From positions 13,369 through 77,368 of the forward strand of contig MTOU01000014.1 in the NCBI GenBank assembly GCA_002011745.1: a stretch of 64,000 nt of DNA. Direction: 5' to 3'. The stretch is from Nitrospirae bacterium JdFR-85. Its GTDB lineage: Bacteria > Nitrospirota > Thermodesulfovibrionia > Thermodesulfovibrionales > JdFR-85. The notes beneath the pieces were generated by a model, which was not told the DNA's origin, made no database searches, and saw only the letters and a list, made by a program, of their open reading frames with translations. Made by a program: the position numbers and the translations under genes. Below are positions 17,494 to 26,974 of the stretch, piece after piece. Position 1 is the first letter of the stretch. Each line of letters starts with the position of its first letter.

Positions 17494-18588
17494 ATGTGGA
17501 AAAAGAAACCCATTATAGTTATTTTTGTCTTTCTGGTAATTGGAGGGATAATTTACTTAAGCTCCTATATGAATAGACAAGAGGAAGGGGTGCTTCTGAT
17601 AAGTGGACGTGTGGAGGTGGATGAGATTCTGCTTTCCTCAAGGATTCCTGGCAGGCTGAAGGAGGTCTTTATCCAGGATGGGATGCAGATAAAAGAGGGG
17701 ATGAAGATCGCCACCCTCGATGACAGGGAGTTCAAACTCCGGAAAGAAGAGGTAAAGAAACAGATAGAGGTACTTAAGGCAGAGATTGAGGCTGCCGAGC
17801 AGGAACTTTCCTACCTAAAAGAGAAGGTGATGAATGAGATAAAAGAGGCAGAGGCAGTGGTGGCTGTGGCAGAGGCACATAAAAGACAGGCAGAGGCAAA
17901 ACTACAGCGAGAGAGTCAGAGATACAGCCGTTATCAGAACCTCCTGCAGAAGGAGGTGATTCCCCAGGATAGGTTTGAGACAGTGAAACTCTCCTATGAG
18001 CTTGCCGTGGAAGATACAAAGGCGGCCCAGGAAGAACTGAAAAGGGCAGAGCTGCTTCTTAAAAAGGCAAAGGATTCTGAGAAGCTTGTACAGGCAAGAC
18101 AGAAGGAGGTAGAGTCTCTTTACTACAGACTTGAGACTTTGGAGAATAAACTCAGGCAGGTGGAGGTCCAACACTCCTATACCGAGATTTTTGCCCCCCG
18201 GGATGGGATTGTCTTGAGAAGGGTCGCTGAGCCTGGAGAGGTCCTGAATGCCGGTGGAGTGATAGGTGTGATGGTTGTGCCTGAGTCCCTGTATGTGAAG
18301 ACCTATCTACCAGAGAGCTTTCTCGGAAGGGTCTCCATAGGTGCTGTGGTGGAGGTCTTTACAGATGCCTATCCAGACAGGCCCATAAGAGGTCATATCT
18401 GCCACATCTCTGATGAGGCAGAATTCACTCCTAAGGAGGTCCAGTCAAAGGAGGAGAGAGTGAAACAGGTCTTTGCCCTCAAGGTCTGTTTCTCTCCAGA
18501 AAACAAGGATGCTTTCAGACTCCTGAGGAAAGGTATGCCTGTGGATGTGAGAATCGCCCTTTCAACAGGGGATATCCAGAAAAGATGA
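17494..18588 (+). CDS. HlyD-family membrane fusion protein (YbhG-like)
   Basis: N-terminal TM helix, lipoyl/barrel segments flanking a long coiled coil, first gene of an ABC-2 operon. The track start at 17467 (TTG) overlaps the -10 box, so ATG 17494 (MWKKKP) is preferred. Confidence 0.8.
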   Translation: MWKKKPIIVIFVFLVIGGIIYLSSYMNRQEEGVLLISGRVEVDEILLSSRIPGRLKEVFIQDGMQIKEGMKIATLDDREFKLRKEEVKKQIEVLKAEIEAAEQELSYLKEKVMNEIKEAEAVVAVAEAHKRQAEAKLQRESQRYSRYQNLLQKEVIPQDRFETVKLSYELAVEDTKAAQEELKRAELLLKKAKDSEKLVQARQKEVESLYYRLETLENKLRQVEVQHSYTEIFAPRDGIVLRRVAEPGEVLNAGGVIGVMVVPESLYVKTYLPESFLGRVSIGAVVEVFTDAYPDRPIRGHICHISDEAEFTPKEVQSKEERVKQVFALKVCFSPENKDAFRLLRKGMPVDVRIALSTGDIQKR

Positions 18589-20285
18589 ATGAAAGACCTG
18601 TATTTTCACTTAAAGAAGTCTCCAAGAGCTTCAGAAAGACTCAGGCACTCAAAGAGATCTCCTTAGACATCAATGCCAGTGAGATTACAGGCATTATTGG
18701 GCCAGATGGAGCAGGCAAAAGCACCCTTTTTAAGATCCTTTCAGGAATCCTATCCTATGATGGAATTGCTCTATTTAAGGGAGAGGAGATTAGAAAGAAT
18801 CCAGAGTTGATCAAAAGGTCTCTGAGCTACATGCCCCAGGGCATAGGCCAGAATCTTTATATGGACCTCACTGTAGAGGAGAATATCCACTTCTTCGCCA
18901 CTCTTAAGGATGTACCTAAGAGGGTGGTAGAGCAGAGGGCAGAGATGCTTCTTCAGGCAACGGGGCTTCAGCACTTCAGACAGAGGTTTGCCTGGCAGTT
19001 GTCAGGGGGTATGAAACAGAAACTGGGCATCTGTTGTGCCCTTATATCAGAGCCAGAGGTGCTTATACTGGATGAGCCTTCAACAGGAATAGACCCCCTC
19101 TCAAGAAGACAGCTATGGGAAATACTGAATGAATACCTCAGGGCCTCAGGCACCACAGTGGTCTTTGGCACCTCCTATATGGACGAGGCAGAGAAGTGCC
19201 ATTCAATAATGTTCTTACACAGAGGGGAGAGCCTCTACAGGGGACACCCTGAGGAGTTAATGCAGAAGAAGAGAGGGCTTGAAGATGCCTTCTTTGAGAT
19301 ACTCCTTGCATCAGGTGAGGAGCTAAAAGAGGCAGAGGTGCCTGTTGATGGAAATATGAGACAGAGGGAGGGAGAGGTTATTGTGGAGGGTGTGGTTAAG
19401 CGGTTTGATAGCTTTGTGGCATTAAAGGGTGTCTCCCTCACTGTGAAGCCTGGCGAGGTTTTTGGACTTCTTGGACCGAATGGGGCAGGCAAAACAACCC
19501 TTATTAAATGTATGGTGGGGCTCTTGAGACCAGAAGAGGGAAAGATAAGGCTTTCTGGACTTGAGCCAGGCTCAACAGAGCTCCGTTTCAGGATCGGCTA
19601 CATGTCTCAGATATTCTCTCTCTATGGTGACCTCACCGTAAAAGAGAACATACAACTTTATGGGACCCTTTACGGGATAAAAGGAAGGCTTCTGAAAGAG
19701 AGGATGCAGTGGATAATCAATTTCTCAGGCCTTAAAGGCAAGGAGTCCACTGTAGTAAAGTCCCTTCCACTGGGCATGAAGCAGAGGCTTGCCCTGGGCT
19801 GTGCCACGATCCACCTGCCCTCTGTTCTGTTTCTTGACGAGCCTACCTCTGGGGTTGACCCTGTAGCAAGAAGACTCTTCTGGGACTTTATAAAGAAGCT
19901 ATCAAACTCTATGGGTATTACGGTGATAGTAACCACCCACAACCTCGTTGAGGCAGACTTCTGCGACAGGGTGGCAATAATGAACGAGGGCGAGATAATA
20001 GCCCTTGGAGAGCCCTGGAGGCTGAAAGAGGCCTTTACAAGCACCAATGGGGAGGTCTATGAACTCTACCCAGAGGCTCCCCTGCCAGCAGAGTGGTTCT
20101 CTGAAAGTTCTATATCTCTGGTCCCTTATGGCAGACGGTATCACCTCTGGAGAAAGGGCCTGTCTGTTGAGACAATAAAGGAGATCCTTGAAAACCATGG
20201 AGTGGGTTATCATTACATAAAGAGAATCCCTCCCCCAATGGAGGATGTCTTTGTATACTATCTGACAGGACAGAAGGTGTTGTGA
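18585..20285 (+). CDS. ABC transporter ATP-binding protein with duplicated ATPase domains (YbhF-like)
   Basis: Two Walker A sites (GPDGAGKST, GPNGAGKTT), two signature/Walker B sets (LSGGMKQK...LILDEP; LGMKQR...LFLDEP). Confidence 0.9.
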   Translation: MNERPVFSLKEVSKSFRKTQALKEISLDINASEITGIIGPDGAGKSTLFKILSGILSYDGIALFKGEEIRKNPELIKRSLSYMPQGIGQNLYMDLTVEENIHFFATLKDVPKRVVEQRAEMLLQATGLQHFRQRFAWQLSGGMKQKLGICCALISEPEVLILDEPSTGIDPLSRRQLWEILNEYLRASGTTVVFGTSYMDEAEKCHSIMFLHRGESLYRGHPEELMQKKRGLEDAFFEILLASGEELKEAEVPVDGNMRQREGEVIVEGVVKRFDSFVALKGVSLTVKPGEVFGLLGPNGAGKTTLIKCMVGLLRPEEGKIRLSGLEPGSTELRFRIGYMSQIFSLYGDLTVKENIQLYGTLYGIKGRLLKERMQWIINFSGLKGKESTVVKSLPLGMKQRLALGCATIHLPSVLFLDEPTSGVDPVARRLFWDFIKKLSNSMGITVIVTTHNLVEADFCDRVAIMNEGEIIALGEPWRLKEAFTSTNGEVYELYPEAPLPAEWFSESSISLVPYGRRYHLWRKGLSVETIKEILENHGVGYHYIKRIPPPMEDVFVYYLTGQKVL

Positions 20286-21421
20286 TGATGAAGTCACTCT
20301 ACAGGATAAAGGAGATCGCCTTTAAAGAGGTGAAGGAAATATACCGTAACCGGCTCTTTCTGGTGCTCGCCTTTCTGGTCCCCTTTATAATGTTCGTTGT
20401 TTTTGGATATGGTATAACCCTTGATATTGAGAATATGCCCTTCTCCTTTATTGACTACGACCATAGCAGACTCAGCAGAGAACTTGTGGAGAGGTTTATT
20501 GGAAGGTATTTCAAATTTGAAAGGCCTGTGAAGGATGTGGATGAGGCGGAAGACTTGCTAAGCAGAGGCGCTCTCAGGGCAGTGCTTGTGATACCACCTG
20601 ATTATTCAAAGAATATCTACAAGGGCCGTACAGCCCAGGTACAACTCCTTGTTGATGGAGGATTCCCCTATACCTCCCTCATTATCAGGGGTTATGCGAA
20701 TGCCATAGTAGCTGCATTTAACCAGGAATTGTTAAGACAGAGGCAGTACAGATACGGTGTGGCCAGTACAGAGCCTCCAGTAAGGATTGAGACAAGATAC
20801 CTCTTTAATGAATCACTGAAGACCAGTTATGCCCTTGTGCCAGGCTTGATAGCCATTATCCTGTTGATAAACCCTGCTGTGCTCACAGCAATTGCTATTG
20901 CAAGGGAGAAGGAGTTTGGTACCATCTATAACATCTACTCTACCCCTTTACGGAAGATTGAGTTTCTCTTGGGCAAGACCATCCCCTATATGATAATCTC
21001 CACAATCAACTTCTTTGTGGTGGTCACGGGAGTAAAGGTTCTTTTTGGTATCCCCATGAAGGGAAGCCTCTTTGTACTTCTTCCAGGGGCGGTGCTCTAT
21101 GTGCTGATTAATGTGATGATAGGGCTTCTGATATCTACTATGACAAGGACCGTGGTCTCAGCCCAGATCGTCACTCTTATTGTGACCATTATTCCTGCAT
21201 TCCTGTACTCCGGGCTCCTGATCCCTGTATCAAATCTCGGTGTTGAGGGCAGGATTATGGCACATATATACCCCACAATGTATTTTATGAGGATAATCCA
21301 TGGGGTCTACCTGAAGAGACTGGGTCTGCAAGCCCTGCTAACAGAGATAGGAATACTCCTTGGGTATGTGATTATGCTTTTTGCCTTGGCAATGGTGATA
21401 TTTAAAAAAAGAGAGGGATAG
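20282..21421 (+). CDS. ABC-2 type transporter permease (YbhS-like)
   Basis: N-terminal TM helix, large periplasmic loop, five C-terminal TM helices; ATGA-type overlap with the ATPase gene. Confidence 0.8.
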   Translation: MMMKSLYRIKEIAFKEVKEIYRNRLFLVLAFLVPFIMFVVFGYGITLDIENMPFSFIDYDHSRLSRELVERFIGRYFKFERPVKDVDEAEDLLSRGALRAVLVIPPDYSKNIYKGRTAQVQLLVDGGFPYTSLIIRGYANAIVAAFNQELLRQRQYRYGVASTEPPVRIETRYLFNESLKTSYALVPGLIAIILLINPAVLTAIAIAREKEFGTIYNIYSTPLRKIEFLLGKTIPYMIISTINFFVVVTGVKVLFGIPMKGSLFVLLPGAVLYVLINVMIGLLISTMTRTVVSAQIVTLIVTIIPAFLYSGLLIPVSNLGVEGRIMAHIYPTMYFMRIIHGVYLKRLGLQALLTEIGILLGYVIMLFALAMVIFKKREG

Positions 21422-21422
21422 G

Positions 21423-22538
21423 ATGTGGTTTCTGGTCAAAAAGGAGATCTTACATATAATCCGTGACAAGGGACTTTTGATCTTTATCATTTACGCCTTC
21501 ACCTTAGATATAATACTTGCTGCAAAGGGGTTTCGTTTAATCCCTGAGCATGTCTCTATTGCTGTGCTTGATGAGGACAACTCAGTAAAGAGTCGCCTCC
21601 TTGTGGACAGGATAAAGCCTCCTGCCTTCAAGAAACCTCTCTTTTTGGAGAACAGGAAGGAGATCGACCCTCTCATGAACAGATCAGATGTGGTGCTTAC
21701 CGTTGTTATACCATCAGGTTTTGAGAGGTCATTGGAGCGAGATGGTGGAGATATTCAGATCCTTGTGGATGGTACCCAGAGCACCGCTGCCTACCTGAGT
21801 TCGTCCTATCTTCAGAGGATAGTCAACAGCTACTCTATGGATCTGCTGAAAGAGAGGGCATGGAGAGAAGGGCTTTATCTTGATGTCCCATTGGAGTTGC
21901 GGAGCAGGGTGCTCTTTAATCCCTCTGCCAGGGACGACCTCTACGAGGGGCTAAACGAGTTCTTCATGATAATTACCCTCATAGGGATGATACTTCCTGC
22001 AGCACTGCTCATAAGAGAGCGTGAGTATGGAACGATTGAGCAGATAATGATATCACCACTCAGTGTGGGAAGACTTATAGTGGTTAAGATCCTTGGCTCT
22101 CAGATATTTCTCCAGTCTGTTATAGCCCTGAGTTTTGTGTTTATACTGAGAATGTGGTTAAAATTTCCTCTGAAGACGGGAGTGTTTGTCTTCATCTTTA
22201 TAAGCCTGCTTTACAGCATCTCAACCACGGGGCTTGCCTTCATTATCGCCTCTGTGGCAAAGAGGTTCAGTCAGGTAGGGATGCTCACAATTGTGATTTT
22301 TGCCCCCATGCTCCTACTTTCAGGAGGCTGGGTTCCTCCTGAAGCATTGCCAAAGTGGCTCAGGGCTGCAACCCACATCTCTCCTCTTAAACAGTTCATG
22401 GACTTAGGTATAAGCCTTCTTATCCGGGGTGCCTCTGTTGAGACCTTAAGTTGGGGTATCATAAAGCTTCTCCTTATAGGTGGAGTGCTCCTTACCACAG
22501 GAGTACTCCTTTACAGGAGACAGACATTGACAAGATGA
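21423..22538 (+). CDS. ABC-2 type transporter permease (YbhR-like)
   Basis: Same architecture as the previous permease; paralogous pair. Confidence 0.8.
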   Translation: MWFLVKKEILHIIRDKGLLIFIIYAFTLDIILAAKGFRLIPEHVSIAVLDEDNSVKSRLLVDRIKPPAFKKPLFLENRKEIDPLMNRSDVVLTVVIPSGFERSLERDGGDIQILVDGTQSTAAYLSSSYLQRIVNSYSMDLLKERAWREGLYLDVPLELRSRVLFNPSARDDLYEGLNEFFMIITLIGMILPAALLIREREYGTIEQIMISPLSVGRLIVVKILGSQIFLQSVIALSFVFILRMWLKFPLKTGVFVFIFISLLYSISTTGLAFIIASVAKRFSQVGMLTIVIFAPMLLLSGGWVPPEALPKWLRAATHISPLKQFMDLGISLLIRGASVETLSWGIIKLLLIGGVLLTTGVLLYRRQTLTR

Positions 22539-23050
22539 GCCTTATATGTCTGTTGCCCATAGGAAGGATTGAAAGTAGGGTGTTAAAGGCGATTTCTTCA
22601 TCCCTTAAAGAGGTCTTCAGTTGCAGAGTGAAGCAGCTACAGGGTCTTCCTCTGCCAAAAGATGCCTACAATCCCGGCAGAAAACAGTACTACTCTACCT
22701 TGATATTGAAGAGATTAATAAGGAGTTCTCCCTGTGACAGAGTACTTGCAATTACAGATGTGGACCTCTATGTGCCTGGACTTAACTTCGTATTTGGTGA
22801 GGCAGATGTCTCCAGAGGGGTGGCAATAATATCCCTAACTCGGTTGAGACAGGAATTCTATGGTCTGCCACCAGACAGCAAGCTATTTCTCCTCAGGGCA
22901 GCTAAGGAGGCTGTACATGAGATTGGCCACACCTACGGGCTTGGACACTGTCCAGACCCACGGTGTGTGATGCATTTCTCCAACAGTCTCCATGACACGG
23001 ATGTCAAGAGCTACAGACCTTGTAGGAGATGCCTGCAGAGAATAAAGTGA
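22535..23050 (+). CDS. amzA: archaemetzincin-family zinc metalloprotease (peptidase M54)
   Basis: HEIGHTYGLGHCPDPRCVM...CRRC matches the archaemetzincin signature HExxHxxGxxxCxxxxCxM...CxxC. ATG 22535 overlaps the permease stop (ATGA). Confidence 0.8.
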   Translation: MSLICLLPIGRIESRVLKAISSSLKEVFSCRVKQLQGLPLPKDAYNPGRKQYYSTLILKRLIRSSPCDRVLAITDVDLYVPGLNFVFGEADVSRGVAIISLTRLRQEFYGLPPDSKLFLLRAAKEAVHEIGHTYGLGHCPDPRCVMHFSNSLHDTDVKSYRPCRRCLQRIK

Positions 23051-23051
23051 A

Positions 23052-23876
23052 TCATCCTGTAAGTAGTTCTATCAGCCTATCCAGTTCATCGAGACTGTAG
23101 TACTCTATCTCTATCTTACCCTTCTTTCCTCGATGCTTCAGGGTTACCTTTGTCCCCAATGATCGCTTCAGCCTCTCCTCAAGGGCAACTATGTTCGGGT
23201 CTTTCTCCTTTCTGGAAGTCCTTGGCGGCTTCGTGGAGAGTGCTTTACAGAGCCTTTCGGTTTGTCTCACACTGAGTCCTTTTCTTATAACCTCTCTTGC
23301 TGCCTCAATCTGAGATGCCTTGGTCGGCAGAGAGAGTATAGCCTTTGCATGCCCGAGGCTTATCTGTCCACTGAGGATATGTTCTTTTATATCAGGTGGT
23401 AGTTTGAGGATCCTCAAATAGTTTGCTACTGTTGCTCTGTCCTTTCCTATTCTTGTGGCGAGCTGTTCCTGAGTATAGTTAAACTCATTTATAAGCCTCT
23501 GGAATGCCTCTGCCATTTCCAGTGGATTGAGATCATCCCTCTGGATGTTCTCAATGAGGGCAATCTCTACTGCCTCTGCCTCAGTGGTATCTTTAACAAT
23601 GGCAGGTATGCTCGTGAGTCCTGCAAGGCGTGCTGCTCTGAGGCGCCTTTCTCCAGCAACGAGTATATACTTGTCATCTTCTGCCTTCTTCACAATTACT
23701 GGCTGGAGAACCCCTTTCTCCCTTATTGAATTTGCAAGTTCTTCAAGTGTTGACTCCTCAAACACCCTCCTCGGCTGTTTGGGATTAGGCATAATCCTAT
23801 CTAAAGGGATCTCCTGAACCCCCTCTGTGGTATCTGGAATTAAAGCCTTAAGCCCCTTGCCCAGCGCTGTTTTCAT
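23052..23876 (-). CDS. parB: chromosome partitioning protein ParB/Spo0J
   Basis: GLGKGLKALIP N-terminus, ParB box (IVKKAEDDKYILVAGERRLRAARLAGL), HTH region. MKTALGKGL chosen as the start. Confidence 0.9.
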   Translation of the reverse strand: MKTALGKGLKALIPDTTEGVQEIPLDRIMPNPKQPRRVFEESTLEELANSIREKGVLQPVIVKKAEDDKYILVAGERRLRAARLAGLTSIPAIVKDTTEAEAVEIALIENIQRDDLNPLEMAEAFQRLINEFNYTQEQLATRIGKDRATVANYLRILKLPPDIKEHILSGQISLGHAKAILSLPTKASQIEAAREVIRKGLSVRQTERLCKALSTKPPRTSRKEKDPNIVALEERLKRSLGTKVTLKHRGKKGKIEIEYYSLDELDRLIELLTG

Positions 23877-24627
23877 TAAGTATCTCCTTAGCCAATTGTA
23901 GATAACTCTGTGCCCCTCTTGAACGGGCATCATAGAGTATCACTGGTTTACCGTGGCTTGGTGCCTCACTGAGGGTTACATTCCTTGGTATTACTGTTTC
24001 ATATACCTCTTCCCTGAAGAAGCTCTTTACCTCCTCTGCAACCTGACGGGAAAGTACAGTTCTTGTGTCATACATAGTAAGAAGGATGCCCTCAATCTTG
24101 AGCGAGGGATTAAAAGACCTCTTTACAAGGTTTATCGTATTCATCAGAAGTCCAAGTCCTTCCAAGGCATAGTACTCACACTGTACAGGTATAAGTACAG
24201 AGTCTGAGGCAACAAGTGCATTCAGAGTGAGGAGTCCCAACGATGGAGGACAGTCTATGATTATATACTCAAACCTTTCTCTTAAAGGTGACAGTGCTCT
24301 TGCAAGCACCCTTTCCCGGTCTTTTATATTCACAAGTTCAAGCTCAACCGCAAGGAGGTCAACCGAAGAAGGGATAATATATAGATTCTCTATATCTGTC
24401 TTAAATATCACCTCCTCTGGGGTGGCATCTCCTGTGAAGATGCTGTAGATATTCTTCCCTGAGGAGTTTTTTTCAAAACCGAAACCGCTTGTGGTATTGC
24501 ATTGAGGGTCAGAGTCCACAACCAGTATCTCTCTACCGCCAAGAGCGAGCGAGGCAGAGAGGTTTATTGCAGTGGTAGTCTTACCTACCCCCCCTTTCTG
24601 ATTTGCTATTGATACTATCCTACCCAC
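23848..24627 (-). CDS. parA: chromosome partitioning ATPase ParA/Soj
   Basis: Deviant Walker A NQKGGVGKTTTAINL; 259 aa. Confidence 0.92.
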   Translation of the reverse strand: MGRIVSIANQKGGVGKTTTAINLSASLALGGREILVVDSDPQCNTTSGFGFEKNSSGKNIYSIFTGDATPEEVIFKTDIENLYIIPSSVDLLAVELELVNIKDRERVLARALSPLRERFEYIIIDCPPSLGLLTLNALVASDSVLIPVQCEYYALEGLGLLMNTINLVKRSFNPSLKIEGILLTMYDTRTVLSRQVAEEVKSFFREEVYETVIPRNVTLSEAPSHGKPVILYDARSRGAQSYLQLAKEILNENSAGQGA

Positions 24628-24638
24628 TTAGACCTTTC

Positions 24639-24654
24639 TGTTCCACGTGGAACA
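24639..24654. promoter_or_regulatory. parS centromere-like site
   Basis: Perfect 16-bp palindrome TGTTCCACGTGGAACA, 12 nt upstream of the parA start. One symmetric position differs from the canonical TGTTNCACGTGAAACA. Confidence 0.75.
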
Positions 24655-24733
24655 CTAATTTCTATTCTGTAAATCCTACGTTAGACTATTTTAAAACAAC
24701 ATCTAAGGAAAATACCAAACCAAGAGAAAATTA

Positions 24734-25402
24734 TTATTCCTGTAGCTCACGATACGTCTTGACAAGAACCACTGAGACAAAGGAAAGGAATCCACCCATC
24801 AGGATCGCATTTATGATCCCTCCCAGAAGTGGTACAACCATAAATATCCTGCTCACAATCCAGAGTAGAAGTCCAATACCCGCTATGGACAAAAAGACCC
24901 TTAAGGAGTCGGTAAGGTTCGTCTTCACCACTCTGAAGCTTTCTTTTAATGCCTCAATGCTGCCAGCCTCCTCAAGCACTACTATCACAAAGGTGAACAT
25001 AAAGAAATAGGCTACCAGAAGCCCTGGCAGGATGAAGAGCATCATTCCCACTGTGGAAAGTATACCGAGGATAATGCCTGCTGCCAGTACAGAGGAGACT
25101 CTGGACACGGCTATATCTAACCCCCTTTTCAGTGAGCACCTTCCCTCACTGAGTGTCTGTTCAGCCATAGATATGGTTATGGCCTGTGAAACTGAGTGGA
25201 ATAGAAAACTTATGAAAATGAAAATCATTATCCCAAGAGGTGATATCACCTTTGTCCCTGTTACGGCTCCTGCAATCATACTCCCAACAAGCAGCATGGC
25301 AAACACATAAGTAAGAAAAGAGGCAGCTATTGGTGGAACAATAATAGATACATTGTCTTTTACAACTGAAAAGCTCTCTTTAATGGTCCTGCCAATCTCC
25401 AT
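24734..25402 (-). CDS. hypothetical polytopic membrane protein
   Basis: Five to six hydrophobic helices; SD AAGGAGGG upstream; no family recognised. Confidence 0.5.
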   Translation of the reverse strand: MEIGRTIKESFSVVKDNVSIIVPPIAASFLTYVFAMLLVGSMIAGAVTGTKVISPLGIMIFIFISFLFHSVSQAITISMAEQTLSEGRCSLKRGLDIAVSRVSSVLAAGIILGILSTVGMMLFILPGLLVAYFFMFTFVIVVLEEAGSIEALKESFRVVKTNLTDSLRVFLSIAGIGLLLWIVSRIFMVVPLLGGIINAILMGGFLSFVSVVLVKTYRELQE

Positions 25403-25651
25403 AATCTAAGCCCTCCTTTTTGTGAGGTCTTTCTCTATGGGATATAATACCAGAAGTCCACAAATGTTTTCGTGTTTTTGGTCTTAGGGATAAAGTAAGG
25501 ATAGCTCTAACCTTGGTTGTGATTCAAGTTGTTCTTAATTACTTTTTACAAGTATACTCGAACTCTTTTGCGGTCAGAATACTTTATAAATATGATGGAA
25601 TCTTCTTGTCGAGGCAAAGTCTCAGAGACTTTCATTTGCTGCTCATCAAAC

Positions 25652-26047
25652 TCAATGCATTCTTGTGGTGTCTATGAGTCTTTCGAGGATGAGGCCGAAG
25701 AATCCTTCCTCTGCCCTTTGATAGAACCAGCCAAGCTGCAGAAGGCATTCTGAGCAGTGAGCGTAATTCCACTGGAATCCCTTAAACCATGTATGCTCCA
25801 TTGTGGGGATACCATGTACAGTGCATCCTTCAGCAGTGCGGAAACAGCCGATCTCGAAGGTGAGACCTTCTGGATTGGTGAAGACATGTCTGTGGTGTCC
25901 ATTCACTGCAATAATGCTTTCGACAGTGGTGATCCTGTTATTGCAGTTTCTGCAGAGGAAGACTCCTTCTTCTTTGTATAAGAGTTCCTCCTCAGATTCT
26001 GTACTCACAGAGGTTTTGGGCAAGGCTGTGGTTGATTTGGAATACAC
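25652..26047 (-). CDS. CULT-domain protein (bacterial cereblon-like, thalidomide-binding-domain fold)
   Basis: CRNC...(~60 aa)...CSEC zinc motif and EHTWFKGFQWNYAHCSECLLQLGWFY with three Trp, closely paralleling human cereblon [26 protein letters not shown]. GTG start at 26047, 10 nt after the ftsY stop (the track's longer ORF overlaps ftsY). Confidence 0.8.
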   Translation of the reverse strand: MYSKSTTALPKTSVSTESEEELLYKEEGVFLCRNCNNRITTVESIIAVNGHHRHVFTNPEGLTFEIGCFRTAEGCTVHGIPTMEHTWFKGFQWNYAHCSECLLQLGWFYQRAEEGFFGLILERLIDTTRMH

Positions 26048-26057
26048 AGCCTCAGGG

Positions 26058-26966
26058 CTAACTCTCCAGCAGGGCATCAACGAATTCACTGGGTATAAAG
26101 TCTCTAAGATCATCAAGGGCTTCCCCTATACCAATCAATCTTACAGGAATATTGAGTTCTTTCTTTATTGCAAAGACTATCCCTCCCTTGGCTGTACCAT
26201 CCAGTTTAGTAAGGGCTATTCCTGTTATCCCGATAGCATCATTGAACATCTTTGCCTGTCTTAGGGCATTCTGTCCAGTGGTGGCATCCACCACAAGGAG
26301 TGTCTCCTGTGGGGCACCTGGCATCGCCTTATTGATAACTCTCTTTATCTTTTTTAACTCCTCCATTAGAGGGAATTTTGTGTGAAGTCTTCCAGCAGTA
26401 TCCACTATTACCACATCTGTACCTCTTGCCTTTGCAGATGTTATCGCATCATAGGCCACTGCAGCAGGGTCAGAGCCACTCTGGTGTCTTACAATCTGTG
26501 CATTTGCCCTTTCAGCCCATATCTCCAGTTGCTCAATTGCTGCTGCTCTGAAGGTATCCGAGGCTGCAAGCACAACAGAGTATCCCTCATTATGAAGCCT
26601 CCAGGCGAGTTTTCCTATGGTGGTGGTTTTACCTACCCCATTGACCCCAACAGCAAGGACAACAAAAGGTCTTTCTTCATAAACTGCAAATGGTTGGGGA
26701 AGACCGAGTATCTTGAGCATCTCTTTCTTCAGAAATGCCTTTACCCCTTCGTAGTCTTTTACTCTGCCTGCCCTTACCTCTTCTCTCAGATTCTCTATGA
26801 TCTCCATTGTGGCTTCCATGCCCATATCAGAGGTTATAAGTATCTCTTCAAACTCATCTATGGTGGTATCATCGATCTTTGAGGTCTTAAAGACCTGTTC
26901 AATCCTTCCTACAAACCCCTCTCTGGTTTTGCTTAAGCCACTTTTGAGTCTATCCAGAAGTCCCAT
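26058..26966 (-). CDS. ftsY: signal recognition particle receptor FtsY
   Basis: NG domain motifs GVNGVGKTTTIGKLA, DTAGR, TKLDGTAKGG. Confidence 0.93.
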   Translation of the reverse strand: MGLLDRLKSGLSKTREGFVGRIEQVFKTSKIDDTTIDEFEEILITSDMGMEATMEIIENLREEVRAGRVKDYEGVKAFLKKEMLKILGLPQPFAVYEERPFVVLAVGVNGVGKTTTIGKLAWRLHNEGYSVVLAASDTFRAAAIEQLEIWAERANAQIVRHQSGSDPAAVAYDAITSAKARGTDVVIVDTAGRLHTKFPLMEELKKIKRVINKAMPGAPQETLLVVDATTGQNALRQAKMFNDAIGITGIALTKLDGTAKGGIVFAIKKELNIPVRLIGIGEALDDLRDFIPSEFVDALLES

Positions 26967-26974
26967 AAAACCCC

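Noticed and set aside
22451-22534. The longer track start for the archaemetzincin gene (MGYHKASPYRW...).
   Set aside because: The extension lies wholly inside the permease gene and is not archaemetzincin-like. ATG 22535 gives a typical ATGA coupling and a normal protein length.
25560-25651. The hairpin AAAGTCTC-TGA-GAGACTTT downstream of the CULT gene as an intrinsic terminator.
   Set aside because: No T-tract follows it on the minus strand and the stem is AT-rich. The evidence is insufficient to annotate it.
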